The notes: a model not told the origin generated them from the letters alone. A stretch of 64,000 nucleotides of DNA from Chlorobiota bacterium (GCA_041596515.1 JBFHIJ010000006.1:11845-75844); one strand, 5' to 3'. Positions 49,862-61,564 are shown, counted from the stretch's first letter. Made by a program: numbers and translations.

Positions 49862-50860
49862 ATGAAGATGAGAAATATTGAATACAAAGCAATGTTCGTA
49901 AGAGAAATCGAAGAAAAAAAGTTTGAAAGGAAAGTAGAGACTTTGGAAACAAAAGACCTCCCACAAAATGGCGTTTTAATCAGAGTCTTATATTCTTCGC
50001 TTAATTACAAAGATGCTCTCTCTGCCTCAGGACATAAAGGCATAACCAGAAATTTCCCTTTTCAGCCCGGTATTGACGCTGCTGGGATAGTCGAAGAATC
50101 TAACTCTGATTTATGGAAATCGGGAGACGAAGTCATAGTAACAGGGCAAGATTTAGGTATGGATACCTATGGAGGCTTTGGACAATTTATCAATGTTCCT
50201 GCCGAATGGATTGTTCCAAGACCAGCAGGTCTTTCTCTCAAAGAAGCTATGATGTTTGGCACAGCTGGTTTTACTGCCGGAGTTAGTGTATATGAGCTCG
50301 AGAGGAACAATGTGAAGCCCGGCGACACTGTGCTTGTAACGGGTGCTTCCGGCGGAGTAGGAAGCATTAGTGTAGCTATACTCTCCAAATTAGGCTACAA
50401 AGTAATTGCTTCTACAGGAAAAAGAGACGAAGAATTTTTCTCAAAACTTGGCAATCCTGAGATTATAGACAGAAGTGAAGTCTATGACGACACTGCTCGG
50501 CCGCTACTGTCAGCAAGATGGCATGGTGCTATCGACACAGTTGGTGGTAAAACGCTTTCCACAGTTATCCGCTCTACTAAGCAAAGAGGTTGTGTAACAG
50601 TAATGGGCAACGTCGAATCCAACGATTTGAATATTACAGTGCTTCCATTCTTGCTGCGTAGTGTTACAGTGCAAGGTATTGCTTCTGCTTCAACTCCAAT
50701 GGATATAAGAAGAGTGATATGGATGCATTTATCAGAAGATTGGAAAGTAGATCTAAACTTCATGATTAAAGAGGTTGGGCTCGCTGGACTTAGCGATGAA
50801 ATAGATACTATACTTAAAGGCGGACAGAAAGGCAGAGTAGTAGTTGATTTGTGGAAGTAG
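49862..50860 (+). CDS. YhdH/YhfP-family (AcuI-like) NADPH-dependent quinone/acrylyl-CoA oxidoreductase
   Basis: Collinear identity with E. coli YhdH: SSLNYKDAL, NFP..PGID, GTAGFTA, VTGASGGVGS, GAIDTVG. Confidence 0.75.
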   Translation: MKMRNIEYKAMFVREIEEKKFERKVETLETKDLPQNGVLIRVLYSSLNYKDALSASGHKGITRNFPFQPGIDAAGIVEESNSDLWKSGDEVIVTGQDLGMDTYGGFGQFINVPAEWIVPRPAGLSLKEAMMFGTAGFTAGVSVYELERNNVKPGDTVLVTGASGGVGSISVAILSKLGYKVIASTGKRDEEFFSKLGNPEIIDRSEVYDDTARPLLSARWHGAIDTVGGKTLSTVIRSTKQRGCVTVMGNVESNDLNITVLPFLLRSVTVQGIASASTPMDIRRVIWMHLSEDWKVDLNFMIKEVGLAGLSDEIDTILKGGQKGRVVVDLWK

Positions 50861-50977
50861 AGTAAATAATTATTAAATATAAACAATGTTCAAGCTTCTA
50901 AAAAATATTTGTATAAGTCCTCTTGAAAAAGGGGACTTATAGTGAAAAGGCTGCTATATTTGATATATAAAAAAATA

Positions 50978-52510
50978 TTACTTCCTCGAAAAGCCGGCTA
51001 ATCTCATTAGTATTAAATCTTGAAGATTCTCAGCTAAGCTATGCGGCACAGTATAATTATTTATCATGATAGCAAAAGCTAACTCCTCATTATCTCTTGT
51101 AATTACGTATCCTGCTATGTTAGCAATGTGATTCATAGAGCCTGTCTTTGCTTTTACTTTTTTTTCAGCTAATGACATTTTAAGCCTGTTAGCCAAAGTT
51201 CCATCTTTATTAGGCTCGGCAAGCGAAGCGAGAAAGTTATCTCTGTGTTTGGATCTATACATAGCCACTAAGTAATTGACAATGTACCTAGGCGAAATCA
51301 GATTCATTCGCGAAAGTCCGGAACCATCTACTATTGAACTATTAGAAACTGAAACGCCTTTCTTTTTCAGGAAATCCTGCACACAATCTATACCATTAGC
51401 AGTGCTGCCATACCCACGAAATTCTCTACCTATGCTTTTTAACAGAATTTCTGCATTTATGTTAGAGCTTTTTTTGTTTATAATTTTAATAATATCTTTA
51501 AGCTCAGGGGACAAATGCTCGGCTATTAATCTCATATTGGTATAATCTAATTTTTCATTCCAGTTGTTGACGTTGAGCAAAGCACCTCTAAATCTAATAT
51601 TTTTCTGCTTTAAAGCAAGCTGAAATTGATTTAGAAAAAACAGAACAGGATTATCAATAGCAACAATTTTGTGCAACACATGTGTGCCTAAAGAGTCAAA
51701 GTTAATAGCACCGTATAACTCTATAATATTTGAATTTGGTTCTTTAAAAACTAACACGTCTTCAGGGACTTTGTTGTCAGTAGTAGTAATGTAATTTATC
51801 ACTCTTACATAATTGTTTTCCGGATATACAGAAAGAATGGCTGGTGAGCCAATAGTGTCGCCCTGAGTTACTCTAATGTCTATAACATTGTCGTTATAGG
51901 ATAAACCACTAATCTGGGCTGAATAATCATTAGACAAATCATCCCATGCCCAACCGGGGGCGTAATGAATCTCGTCTAAATAATTTGCATCTCCTAGGAT
52001 ATTACCTCTAATGGAGGTAATATTGAGAGAATCCATTATATCAGCCCAAGATTCTAAGATGAGCTGAGGATTGATACCATAAGTAGTGGAGAGACTTGGG
52101 TCGGCATTACCTTGAATGATAATATTGCCTAGGAATTCACCATTTTCAGAAGTGATTCCATCAAGATATACATTGGTAGAAAACTTATAATTAGGCCCCA
52201 GATATTCAAGGCCGGTGCCGGTAGTAAAGATTTTTAAAGTAGAAGCAGGTGTAAAGTTTTTAGTATAATTGTGCTTGTAAAGATATTCGCCAGTTTTGAT
52301 AGATTGTACGCAAACGCCGACTATAGCATTTGCAAAATCGGGGTTATCTAGGATAGCGTGTAAATCTTCTTTTAGCTCATCTATTTTGTTGGTCTTTGGC
52401 ACTATAATTTTATTTATCGTGTCAAGCGTGGATGTGCTATCTTGAGCATGTAATGAAAAGCTCAGGAAAAGTGCTAAAATAATAGATATTGATAGTCTTA
52501 AATATTGCAT
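50978..52510 (-). CDS. dacB: D-alanyl-D-alanine carboxypeptidase/endopeptidase (PBP4, peptidase S13)
   Basis: SxxK in ASTLKIF, an SxN-like DGSGLS, and KTG in KAKTGSM. Confidence 0.75.
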   Translation of the reverse strand: MQYLRLSISIILALFLSFSLHAQDSTSTLDTINKIIVPKTNKIDELKEDLHAILDNPDFANAIVGVCVQSIKTGEYLYKHNYTKNFTPASTLKIFTTGTGLEYLGPNYKFSTNVYLDGITSENGEFLGNIIIQGNADPSLSTTYGINPQLILESWADIMDSLNITSIRGNILGDANYLDEIHYAPGWAWDDLSNDYSAQISGLSYNDNVIDIRVTQGDTIGSPAILSVYPENNYVRVINYITTTDNKVPEDVLVFKEPNSNIIELYGAINFDSLGTHVLHKIVAIDNPVLFFLNQFQLALKQKNIRFRGALLNVNNWNEKLDYTNMRLIAEHLSPELKDIIKIINKKSSNINAEILLKSIGREFRGYGSTANGIDCVQDFLKKKGVSVSNSSIVDGSGLSRMNLISPRYIVNYLVAMYRSKHRDNFLASLAEPNKDGTLANRLKMSLAEKKVKAKTGSMNHIANIAGYVITRDNEELAFAIMINNYTVPHSLAENLQDLILMRLAGFSRK

Positions 52511-52559
52511 TAGTCTATACGAATAAAATATATTAATGTAAATAATCGTGACAATTTTT

Positions 52560-52575
52560 TATCTTTGTACCTTTG
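52560..52575 (+). promoter_or_regulatory. two overlapping TAnnTTTG motifs upstream of htpG
   Basis: TATCTTTG and TACCTTTG lie ~150 nt before the start. Confidence 0.2.
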
Positions 52576-52726
52576 ACAAGTTACGCATTTGAGTAAAGAA
52601 TACTGATTTAAAAAACGATTCAAATTATCAGCTGTATAAGATAACAAATTTTCAATAGCTGTAATATTTTTTCGTCAATTTATTGGAATTTCTTGTTTTG
52701 TTTAACAATTATGATGGTAGTACGAG

Positions 52727-54586
52727 ATGGAACAGAATAAAAGCATGGCAGCAGAAAAATTCGAATTTAAGGCAGAAATGAAGCAGTTGCTGCAATTGAT
52801 TATCCACTCCCTTTACACAAATCCGGAAATATTCTTACGAGAGCTGGTTTCTAACTCTTCTGATGCTCTTAATAAAGTTAGATTTCTAAAACTTACGAAT
52901 CCGAACATTAACGATTCAGATGCTGAACTCAGTATCAAAATTAATGTTAATTCTGAAACGCAAGAGTTCTCAATAGAAGATACCGGCATCGGAATGGCTA
53001 AAGAAGATTTGACTGGTAAACTTGGCACGATCGCAAGCTCCGGCACTATGGAATTTATCAGACAAATGAAGGAAAATCAGCAAACCTTAGATGCTAATAT
53101 GATTGGTCAGTTTGGTGTAGGTTTTTATTCTTTGTTTATGGTAACTGATGAAGTAACAGTAGAAACTAAATATGCTGAAAAAGATGCCCAAGCTTATAGA
53201 TGGATTTCTTCAGGACAAGATACATTCAGTATCGAAGAAATAGACAAAGAAACCAGAGGAACTAAAATATCTTTCAAATTGAAAGAAGAATATAAAGATT
53301 TAGCCAGTGATTACAGAATCAAAGATATTCTACAAAAATACTCTAATTTTGTAGATTTCCCACTGTATGTAGGCGAAGAGAAAGTAAATAAAGTGACAGC
53401 TCTTTGGCATAAACGCAAGGATGATATCCAAGAAGAAGAGTTAACTGATTTTTATAAGTTTATTTCTAATGATTATCAAGAGCCATTGGGGCACTTGCAT
53501 TTGAATATTGAAGGTAACATAAACTTCAAAGCTCTGTTGTTTGTGCCAAAAGTAGCTCCACCAGACGTATTTAAAGCTTCTCAGGATAAATCTTTGCAGC
53601 TATATTCCAGCAAAGTGTTTATCCAGGATGATGCAAAAAACCTTTTGCCTGATTATTTGAAATTCCTGAAAGGTGTTGTAGATACTGAAGATTTACCTCT
53701 TAATGTATCCAGAGAAGTTACACAAAACAGTCCTGTTATGGCAAAAATAAAAAATATATTAACAGGAAAAATTTTAGGCTTATTAGAAGACTGGGCTGAT
53801 AAAGACAAAGAAAAATATGAAACTTTCTATAATAACTTTGGCAGTCTTTTCAAAACAGGTGTAAATGCTGACTTTACAAATAAAGACAGAATAGTAGAGC
53901 TTTTAAGATTTGAATCAACGAAAACTGAAGTAGGTGAGTTGACTTCATTCAACTCCTACGTAGCAAGAATGACAGAAGCTAATGATAATAAAGTTTACTA
54001 TATATCAGGAAATACCAGAGAGTCGGTGGAGGCTAATCCGAACCTTGAGTATTTTAAGAAAAATAAAATAGAAGTAATATTGCTTACTGATCCTGCAGAC
54101 ATTTTTACTATCCCTTATATTAATGAATATGATGGCAAGCAAATAGTTTCAATAGACAAAGCAGACATTAAAAAAGAAGAAGGCAACTCAGATAAATTAG
54201 ATGAAACAAAATCTAACTCAATTATAGATTATTTCAAAGAAGTGCTTGGCGAAGAGGTGGAAGACGTAGTCGAATCGCAGAGATTAGTTGATTCGGCCGT
54301 AACTCTTATCGTGGGTAAGGCAGGAATGGATGCTCACATGGAAAAAATGATGCAGATGTTAGATAAACAGTTCAAAGGCTCTAAGAGAATATTAGAAATC
54401 AATACTTCTCACAAACTTATTAAAAACTTATCCGCACTGTTAGAAGAGAATAAAGAAAGTGATGTACTTAAAGAAAGTGTAGAGCAACTATATCAGGGAG
54501 CTTTACTGATAGAAGGCTATATACAGAAGCCAACAGATTTTGTCAAACGCATGACAGAATTTATGGAAAAAGCTACATCTAAGTAA
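52727..54586 (+). CDS. htpG: chaperone HtpG (Hsp90)
   Basis: LQLIIHSLYTNPEIFLRELVSNSSDA, GIGMAK and GQFGVGFYS, the hallmark Hsp90 N-domain. Confidence 0.9.
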   Translation: MEQNKSMAAEKFEFKAEMKQLLQLIIHSLYTNPEIFLRELVSNSSDALNKVRFLKLTNPNINDSDAELSIKINVNSETQEFSIEDTGIGMAKEDLTGKLGTIASSGTMEFIRQMKENQQTLDANMIGQFGVGFYSLFMVTDEVTVETKYAEKDAQAYRWISSGQDTFSIEEIDKETRGTKISFKLKEEYKDLASDYRIKDILQKYSNFVDFPLYVGEEKVNKVTALWHKRKDDIQEEELTDFYKFISNDYQEPLGHLHLNIEGNINFKALLFVPKVAPPDVFKASQDKSLQLYSSKVFIQDDAKNLLPDYLKFLKGVVDTEDLPLNVSREVTQNSPVMAKIKNILTGKILGLLEDWADKDKEKYETFYNNFGSLFKTGVNADFTNKDRIVELLRFESTKTEVGELTSFNSYVARMTEANDNKVYYISGNTRESVEANPNLEYFKKNKIEVILLTDPADIFTIPYINEYDGKQIVSIDKADIKKEEGNSDKLDETKSNSIIDYFKEVLGEEVEDVVESQRLVDSAVTLIVGKAGMDAHMEKMMQMLDKQFKGSKRILEINTSHKLIKNLSALLEENKESDVLKESVEQLYQGALLIEGYIQKPTDFVKRMTEFMEKATSK

Positions 54587-54598
54587 AATATAACACAT

Positions 54599-54650
54599 CT
54601 CGTTAACGAGTTCTCTATTTTATAAACTTAGAGAACTCGTTATGCTTTTT
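54599..54650 (+). terminator. htpG terminator (nested hairpins followed by a T-run)
   Basis: CTCGTTAACGAG palindrome and a CGAGTTCTC/GAGAACTCG stem, followed by TTATGCTTTTT. Confidence 0.6.
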
Positions 54651-54702
54651 AATATCCGATAAGAAAAATATCTAAATATATACTACGAAAAGGGCAGAGT
54701 CT

Positions 54703-55746
54703 ATGAAACTATCAGAATTTAAGTACGTACTCCCTAAAAATTCTATCGCTAAGTATCCGGCAGATCCCAGAGATTCTGCTAAGATGATGGTGGTTAATCG
54801 GGAAACAGGAGAAATGGAAAACAAGCAGTTCTCTGAGATTCTAGATTATTTCCAAAAAGGCGATTGCATTGTTTTGAATGAAACTAAAGTTTTCCCGGCA
54901 AGACTTTACGGCAAAAAGGAAAAAACAAATGCAAAAATTGAAGTAATGCTTTTACGCGAACTCAAATCTGACGAAAGAATCTGGGACGTACTGGTAGAGC
55001 CGGCTCGTAAAGTTAGAATCGGTAATAAAATCTATTTTGATAATGGAAAATTTTACTGCGAAGTCATAGATAATACAACTTCTCGTGGAAGGACTGTCCG
55101 GTTTAGCTATGAAGGTAATCTATTTAAAGTGATAGAACGCATAGGGGAGATGCCTTTGCCCGAATATATTAAACGTGATCCGGAAGAAAAAGATAAAGAA
55201 ACTTACCAGTGCGTATTTGCCAATCCTACGCAATTAGCTTCAATAGCTCCTCCGACTGCAGGTTTGCACTTTACAGAAGAGATGATACAAGCTTTGGAAG
55301 ATAAAGGCGTGCGAGTGGCGAGAGTAATTTTAAATATTGGGCAGGGAGTTTTTGAAAAAATCGAAGTAGAAGACCTGACTAAACACAGAATGTACTCCGA
55401 ATACTTTGAAATTTCAATGAAATCTGCTGAAACTATAAATAAATCTCTGAAAGCTAAAAAGAATATTTATGCAATAGGCACTTCAGTAGCAAGGGCTTTA
55501 GAAGCATCTGTATTGACTACCGGTGCTGTGAAACCGAACAAAGGTTGGACAGATAAATTTATATATCCTGCTTACGATTTTAAAATAGTAACAAGATTTT
55601 TAACGAATTTCCATCCGCCTGCATCACCATCTTTGTTAGTTGCCTCTGCTTTTGGAGAAAAAGAGTTAATATTCAAGGCTTATAAACAAGCAATCAAAGA
55701 TGACTATAGATTTCTTGCTTATGGCGACGCAATGCTCATAATCTAA
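54703..55746 (+). CDS. queA: S-adenosylmethionine:tRNA ribosyltransferase-isomerase
   Basis: QueA motifs PAD..DSAKMMVV ... TAGLHFT ... and a C-terminal LAYGDAMLI. Confidence 0.85.
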   Translation: MKLSEFKYVLPKNSIAKYPADPRDSAKMMVVNRETGEMENKQFSEILDYFQKGDCIVLNETKVFPARLYGKKEKTNAKIEVMLLRELKSDERIWDVLVEPARKVRIGNKIYFDNGKFYCEVIDNTTSRGRTVRFSYEGNLFKVIERIGEMPLPEYIKRDPEEKDKETYQCVFANPTQLASIAPPTAGLHFTEEMIQALEDKGVRVARVILNIGQGVFEKIEVEDLTKHRMYSEYFEISMKSAETINKSLKAKKNIYAIGTSVARALEASVLTTGAVKPNKGWTDKFIYPAYDFKIVTRFLTNFHPPASPSLLVASAFGEKELIFKAYKQAIKDDYRFLAYGDAMLII

Positions 55747-55867
55747 GCTTAATAAAAAAACTAACAGTTATTTATGTAAGTTTTTGATTAAATAGCACTA
55801 AGATTGGCAAAAATCTTTTTTCAGTATTTGTTTTTCTTTTTAATTTGGATAAATTATTAAGACGTTT

Positions 55868-55899
55868 AAGGCACACTTAACTGTGTGCCTTGTTTGTAT
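55868..55899 (+). terminator. hairpin between queA and the mutase genes
   Basis: Stem AAGGCACAC/GTGTGCCTT, loop ttaact, then GTTTGTAT. Confidence 0.4.
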
Positions 55900-55921
55900 A
55901 AAAAAATTCAAGTGAATAGCT

Positions 55922-58066
55922 ATGTCAGTTGAAATTACTAAAGACTTTTTCGGCGAGTTTCCTATACCTTCTTACGAAGACTGGAAAGTTGCTGCTGAGA
56001 AAGCACTAAAAGGTGCACCTTTTGATAAAAAAATGTACACCGAGACTTACGAAGGTATCACGCTCAGTCCTATTTATAATAAAGAGGATCGTGATAGTTT
56101 ACCGCAAATGGAAAGCCAATACTCAGGGGCTTATCCATATTTGAGAGGTACTTCTGCAGCGGGATATACGAATGGTACTTGGTTTATTAGCCAAGATATA
56201 CCATATCCTACTCCTGAAGAGTTTAATGCTGCAGCTAAAAATGACCTTTCTCGTGGTCAGAGTGCATTAAATATTCAATTAAACAAAGCATCTGCAAAAA
56301 TTAGTGCAAATGCAATTAAAAATGCTAACGATGCTTACCAAGGCTTATATCTTTCTAATGTCAATGACATGGAAAAAGCTTTTAATGGTATCGATTTGAC
56401 TAAAGTACCTGTGTATATCAATGCAGGAACTCAGGCAGTAGCTGCTACAGCTCAATTTGCTGCATTTTGCCGTAAAAACGGCATCGACATTAAATCTGTT
56501 AGCGGCAGCATAGAAATGGACGTTATCGGTGAACTTGCCGGTGCAGGTAAAGTATGTGGCTCTTTAGAAGCTCTTTTCTTAGAAGCTTGCAGATTGACCG
56601 GCTGGATGAAAGAAAACGCTCCACAGATGAAATCTGTAACCATTAACGGTGCTGTATTTGCTGATGGCGGTGCGTCTGCAGTACAGGAATTAGCTTATGC
56701 TATGTCTTCTGCAGTTGAGTATATCCGACGATTTATGGAATTAGGCTTATCTATTGATGATATTGCTCCTCGTTTCAGATTTAAATTAGGTATTGGTCAA
56801 AATTTCTTTATGGAAATTGCTAAGTTCAGAGCAGCAAGAATGCTTTGGGCGAAAATAGTTAAAGAATTTGGTGGAAATGAAGAATCTCAAAAAATCTTTA
56901 TGCATGCCAAATCTTCGACTGTAAATAAAACTAAATACGATCCTTACGTTAATTTGCTTCGTATTACTTCAGAAGCGTTCTCTGCTGTTATCGGTGGTTG
57001 TGATTCTATGCACTTGGCTTATGTTGATGATGCTTACGGTCTCCCAAATGACTTTACCCGCAGAGTAACAAGAAACGTACAAAACGTATTTGCTGATGAA
57101 ACTCATTTCAAAGAATTAGTAGATCCTGCCGGTGGTTCTTATTACGTAGAAGTGCTTACTAACCAAGTTGCTGAGAAAGCTTGGGAACTTTTCGCTGATA
57201 CTGAAAAAGTTGGTGGCATGGTTGCATCTCTTCAATCAGGTACAGTGCAAAATGTAATCAATGATGTTATTGCAAAAAGAAATAAAAACCTTGAATTGCG
57301 TAAAGATACTTTGCTTGGCACTAATAAGTATGCCAATCTTCAAGAAAAACCTGTAACTACTGCTAAAGTATACGGACAGGAAGTTTTTGATAATAGAATG
57401 AAAGCATTTAGCGACTTCTGCAATAATCGCGATAGCGAAAGAGTATATGGCCTATTGAAAAACTTGACTGAAGAAGTTAAATCTCAAGCCGGCAAATGCT
57501 TTGATATCGCTATTGATGCGGCTCAGGCTGGTGCTAGCTCTTCCGAATTACTTAATATCTTTAAAGATATGAGAGGTGAAGCTACAGAAGTAGAACCAAT
57601 TAAAGAATTTAGAGCGGGTGCTAAGTTTGAAGAACTAAGACAAGTGGCTGAAGACTACAAAGTAGCTAACGGCGACTTTCCAAAAGTCTATCTGGCTAGC
57701 TTTGGTGCAGTGCGTGACTGGAAAGCAAGAAGTGATTTTTCTCTTGACTTCTTCCAGGTGGCTGCATTTAAAGCTGTTGAATCCAAAGGTTTTGATAATA
57801 ACGAAGATGCTTGCAAAGCATTTTTAGAATCAGGTGCTGATATTGTTGTCGTTTGTTCTACAGATGAAAAATATCCTGAATTTGTACCTGAATTTACTAA
57901 AATGGTAAAAGAAGCAAAACCAAATGCTAAAGTTGTTGTGGCGGGTTACCCTAAAGAACATATCGAAGCATTTAAGCAAGCAGGCGTAGATGAATTCATA
58001 CACGTTAAAGCTAATGCTTATGATATCACATTCAACTTGCAAAAAGAAACCGGTATCAGGAAATAG
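55922..58066 (+). CDS. mutA: methylmalonyl-CoA mutase small (beta) subunit
   Basis: MM-CoA mutase TIM-barrel homology. A C-terminal B12-domain-like fold lacking the DxHxxG His. It is followed by the large subunit gene. Confidence 0.8.
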   Translation: MSVEITKDFFGEFPIPSYEDWKVAAEKALKGAPFDKKMYTETYEGITLSPIYNKEDRDSLPQMESQYSGAYPYLRGTSAAGYTNGTWFISQDIPYPTPEEFNAAAKNDLSRGQSALNIQLNKASAKISANAIKNANDAYQGLYLSNVNDMEKAFNGIDLTKVPVYINAGTQAVAATAQFAAFCRKNGIDIKSVSGSIEMDVIGELAGAGKVCGSLEALFLEACRLTGWMKENAPQMKSVTINGAVFADGGASAVQELAYAMSSAVEYIRRFMELGLSIDDIAPRFRFKLGIGQNFFMEIAKFRAARMLWAKIVKEFGGNEESQKIFMHAKSSTVNKTKYDPYVNLLRITSEAFSAVIGGCDSMHLAYVDDAYGLPNDFTRRVTRNVQNVFADETHFKELVDPAGGSYYVEVLTNQVAEKAWELFADTEKVGGMVASLQSGTVQNVINDVIAKRNKNLELRKDTLLGTNKYANLQEKPVTTAKVYGQEVFDNRMKAFSDFCNNRDSERVYGLLKNLTEEVKSQAGKCFDIAIDAAQAGASSSELLNIFKDMRGEATEVEPIKEFRAGAKFEELRQVAEDYKVANGDFPKVYLASFGAVRDWKARSDFSLDFFQVAAFKAVESKGFDNNEDACKAFLESGADIVVVCSTDEKYPEFVPEFTKMVKEAKPNAKVVVAGYPKEHIEAFKQAGVDEFIHVKANAYDITFNLQKETGIRK

Positions 58067-58101
58067 TTTCTGATAGACTTTTGTAAAAGAAAATAATTGA
58101 A

Positions 58102-60294
58102 ATGGAGTTTGATAAAATGAAAACACCTGACTTTTCTAATATAAAATTTGAAGAAGCTTTCCCCGGACTTAGTAGGGAAGATTGGAAGCTTAAATTCGAA
58201 AAGGAAACAGGTAAGGACTATGCTGAGATGATTTCCAACTCTATGGAAAAAATCGACATTAATCCTATTTATACCTTAGATGATAATAAAGATTTAGCAC
58301 ACTTGCCTTTTACTGCAGGTATTGCTCCTAACTTGCGTGGCCCTTACCCTACTATGTATGTGGCTCGCCCTTGGACAGTTCGTCAGTATGCAGGTTTTTC
58401 TACTGCAGAAGAATCTAATGCATTCTACCGCAGGAACTTGGCTGCTGGCCAGAAAGGTTTGTCAGTTGCATTTGACTTAGCTACACACCGTGGCTATGAC
58501 TCTGATCACCCACGCGTAGTAGGTGATGTAGGTAAAGCCGGTGTAGCTATTGATTCTATAATGGATACTAAAGTTTTGTTTGACGGTATTCCATTGGATA
58601 AAATATCTGTATCTATGACTATGAATGGTGCAGTGCTTCCTGTTATGGCTTTTTATATATCTTCTGCTTTGGAGCAGGGTGCCAAATTGGAACATCTATC
58701 AGGTACTATTCAAAATGATATCCTGAAAGAATATATGGTGCGTAATACTTACATCTACCCACCACAAATTTCTATGCAGATCATTGCTGACATATTTGAG
58801 TATACTTCTCAAAAAATGCCTAAATTTAATAGCATTTCTATTTCAGGTTATCACATGCAGGAAGCCGGTGCTACTGCTGATATTGAAATGGGATATACTT
58901 TGGCCGATGGTCTGGAATATTTGAGAACAGGTATTGCTGCCGGTATCGATGTAGACGCATTTGCGCCTCGCTTGTCCTTCTTCTGGGCAATCGGCATGAA
59001 TTACTTCATGGAAATTGCAAAAATGCGTGCAGCACGTGTTCTTTGGGCTAAAATTGTTAATCAGTTTAATCCTAAAAATCCGAAATCTCTCGCATTGCGT
59101 ACTCACTCTCAGACTTCAGGCTGGTCTCTTACTGAGCAAGATCCATATAACAACGTTGCTCGTACTTGTATCGAAGCAATGGGTGCTGCTTTGGGGCATA
59201 CTCAGTCATTGCACACAAATGCTCTTGATGAAGCTATTGCGTTGCCGACTGATTTCTCTGCTCGTATTGCTCGTAACACTCAGATTTACTTGCAGGAAGA
59301 AACAAGCATCACTCGAGTTATTGACCCTTGGGGAGGCTCATACTATGTAGAAGCTCTTACTAATGAGCTAATCAAAAAAGGTTGGGCTCACATCCAGGAA
59401 GTAGAATCACTTGGTGGCATGGCTAAAGCTATTGAATCAGGTATCCCTAAAATGCGTATCGAAGAAGCAGCTGCTCGTAAACAAGCTAGAATTGACTCAG
59501 GTACTGAAATTATCACAGGTATTAACAAATACCGTATGGATAAAGAAGATCCTCTTGAAATTCTTGAAATCGACAATACTTCTGTTCGCTTATCACAAAT
59601 CAAACGTTTGGAAGAGTTGCGTGCTAATCGTAATGACGACGATGTGCGTTACTGGCTTGATGCAATCACTAAAAGTGCTGAAACAGGTGAAGGTAATTTA
59701 CTTGATCTTTCAGTCAAAGCAGCTCAAGCTCGTGCTTCACTTGGTGAAATCTCTTACGCAATTGAAAAAATATCCGGCAGACATCAAGCTGTTATTCGTT
59801 CTATCTCCGGTGTATACTCAAGCGAATATGCTGAGCAATCTGTGATAGACGAAGTAAGAGCTATGACTGATAAATTTGAAGAGCAAGAAGGTCGTCGTCC
59901 ACGTATCATGATTGCAAAAATGGGACAGGACGGACACGATCGCGGTGCAAAAGTTGTTGCAACTGCTTATGCAGATTTAGGCTTTGACGTAGATATGGGA
60001 CCATTGTTCCAAACTCCGGAAGAGTCAGCTAAGCAAGCAGTAGAAAACGACGTACACATCGTAGGTGTTTCTTCTTTGGCAGCAGGTCATAAGACTTTAG
60101 TTCCTCAACTTATCGAAGAGCTAAAGAAACTCGGACGTGATGACATTGTAGTTATCGCCGGTGGCGTAATTCCACAACAGGATTACGAATTCTTGTATAA
60201 CTCAGGTTGTGCAGAGATTTTTGGACCTGGCACAGTTATCCCTGATGCAGCGGTAAAACTAATGAATATATTATTTGAAGCAGTTTCTGAATAA
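58102..60294 (+). CDS. mutB: methylmalonyl-CoA mutase large (alpha) subunit
   Basis: RGPYPTMY and the [27 protein letters not shown] catalytic barrel. C-terminal B12-binding [12 protein letters not shown] (DxHxxG). Confidence 0.9.
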   Translation: MEFDKMKTPDFSNIKFEEAFPGLSREDWKLKFEKETGKDYAEMISNSMEKIDINPIYTLDDNKDLAHLPFTAGIAPNLRGPYPTMYVARPWTVRQYAGFSTAEESNAFYRRNLAAGQKGLSVAFDLATHRGYDSDHPRVVGDVGKAGVAIDSIMDTKVLFDGIPLDKISVSMTMNGAVLPVMAFYISSALEQGAKLEHLSGTIQNDILKEYMVRNTYIYPPQISMQIIADIFEYTSQKMPKFNSISISGYHMQEAGATADIEMGYTLADGLEYLRTGIAAGIDVDAFAPRLSFFWAIGMNYFMEIAKMRAARVLWAKIVNQFNPKNPKSLALRTHSQTSGWSLTEQDPYNNVARTCIEAMGAALGHTQSLHTNALDEAIALPTDFSARIARNTQIYLQEETSITRVIDPWGGSYYVEALTNELIKKGWAHIQEVESLGGMAKAIESGIPKMRIEEAAARKQARIDSGTEIITGINKYRMDKEDPLEILEIDNTSVRLSQIKRLEELRANRNDDDVRYWLDAITKSAETGEGNLLDLSVKAAQARASLGEISYAIEKISGRHQAVIRSISGVYSSEYAEQSVIDEVRAMTDKFEEQEGRRPRIMIAKMGQDGHDRGAKVVATAYADLGFDVDMGPLFQTPEESAKQAVENDVHIVGVSSLAAGHKTLVPQLIEELKKLGRDDIVVIAGGVIPQQDYEFLYNSGCAEIFGPGTVIPDAAVKLMNILFEAVSE

Positions 60295-60320
60295 GATATT
60301 ATTCTAGTTTTTATATTTAA

Positions 60321-60358
60321 GGCGAATCGTTTTCAATAGCGATTCGCTTTTTTTTTTC
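60321..60358 (+). terminator. intrinsic terminator of the mutase operon
   Basis: Perfect stem GCGAATCG/CGATTCGC, loop ttttcaata, then T10. Confidence 0.8.
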
Positions 60359-60451
60359 CACTTCCATAAAAATCAATAATTCCTACAATAATAATTCAAT
60401 ATTTGGGATTATATTAGTATCTAAGTTAAATGTGTAAATTGAAGTGAATTT

Positions 60452-61564
60452 ATGATATATATAGTAGTTTTTGGGATTATAGTTTATTTGTTTAGGATTT
60501 ATGTAATGCATTCCGGAGCATTGCAGCAGAGGAAGTTGTCTGATTTTGACGTTAATGTGGATTTAGATGACTTACCTTTTGTTTCTGTGATTATTCCTGC
60601 CAAAGATGAAGAACACAATATAGAAAGGGCTGTCAGATCAGTAGCAGAATGTGAGTATCCTGACGGCATGTACGAGATAATAGCCGTAAATGACAGATCC
60701 CTGGATAGCACCGGTGCTATTTTGGACAAATTAGCCTCAGAGATACCTAATTTAAAGGTCTTGCATAGGAAAGAGTCCGATGTAGAAAAAAATCTACTGG
60801 GAAAGCCAGGAGCGATACAATTTGCAGCTGATGTAGCCAAAGGTGAGTTCTTATTACTTACAGATGCAGATTGTAAAGTTCAAAAAAAATGGATTTCAAC
60901 AATTGTCGGAGCATTTCGCAAATATTACGTAGATTTAATACCGTCTTTTACACATGTAGAAAGTAACTCGCTTTTTGACAAAATTCAAGCGGTTGAGTGG
61001 TTATATATGCATACAATGGCAAGTGCCGGCGTAAGTCATAAGAAAGTGCTAGGTGCATATGGAAATAATTTCAATATTCGTTCATCAATATTTAGAAAAA
61101 TTGGTGGCTATCGTAACATAAAATTTTCAGTAACTGAAGATTTAGCATTAATGCAAGCAGTCGATGAGATTGGAGGGAAGATTATATATTTAAACAATTA
61201 TAACTCATCTGTAATAACATATGGATGTAAAACCTTCACAGAATATATGAATCAAAAACATCGCTGGGCAGTAGGTGGTAAAGCTTTAGGGTATAAAGCT
61301 TCAATCTTTGTTTTTACTTCTTTGGCTATATGGATTTCATTATTAGTGTCCATTATCTCCGGTAACGTATTATGGATATTTGCTGTTTTGTTTACTAGAC
61401 TCTATGGAGACTATTTAGTTGTTAATATATCAATAAGTTCTCAAAAAAAAGAAAATTTAAAACCCTTCGTACTTTTGTCATTAGCATTTTTTATGTCAAT
61501 AGAACTCTTAATCCCTTGGACTTTGTTAAAACAGAATGTTATTTGGAAAAATCAGAGATTCTAA
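60452..61564 (+). CDS. family-2 glycosyltransferase, membrane-anchored
   Basis: N-terminal TM helix. VSVIIPAKDEE and TDADC (DxD) GT-A motifs. C-terminal TM helices. Confidence 0.7.
   Translation: MIYIVVFGIIVYLFRIYVMHSGALQQRKLSDFDVNVDLDDLPFVSVIIPAKDEEHNIERAVRSVAECEYPDGMYEIIAVNDRSLDSTGAILDKLASEIPNLKVLHRKESDVEKNLLGKPGAIQFAADVAKGEFLLLTDADCKVQKKWISTIVGAFRKYYVDLIPSFTHVESNSLFDKIQAVEWLYMHTMASAGVSHKKVLGAYGNNFNIRSSIFRKIGGYRNIKFSVTEDLALMQAVDEIGGKIIYLNNYNSSVITYGCKTFTEYMNQKHRWAVGGKALGYKASIFVFTSLAIWISLLVSIISGNVLWIFAVLFTRLYGDYLVVNISISSQKKENLKPFVLLSLAFFMSIELLIPWTLLKQNVIWKNQRF

Noticed and set aside
55747-55921. Possible cobalamin riboswitch upstream of the methylmalonyl-CoA mutase genes
   Set aside because: The leader is only ~170 nt and contains no B12-box-like GCCACTG element. 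The only structure is a simple hairpin consistent with a queA terminator.
58477-59845. Several 70-144-aa ORFs on both strands inside the mutase large subunit gene
   Set aside because: Alternate-frame artefacts. The mutase frame is continuous and carries all family motifs.
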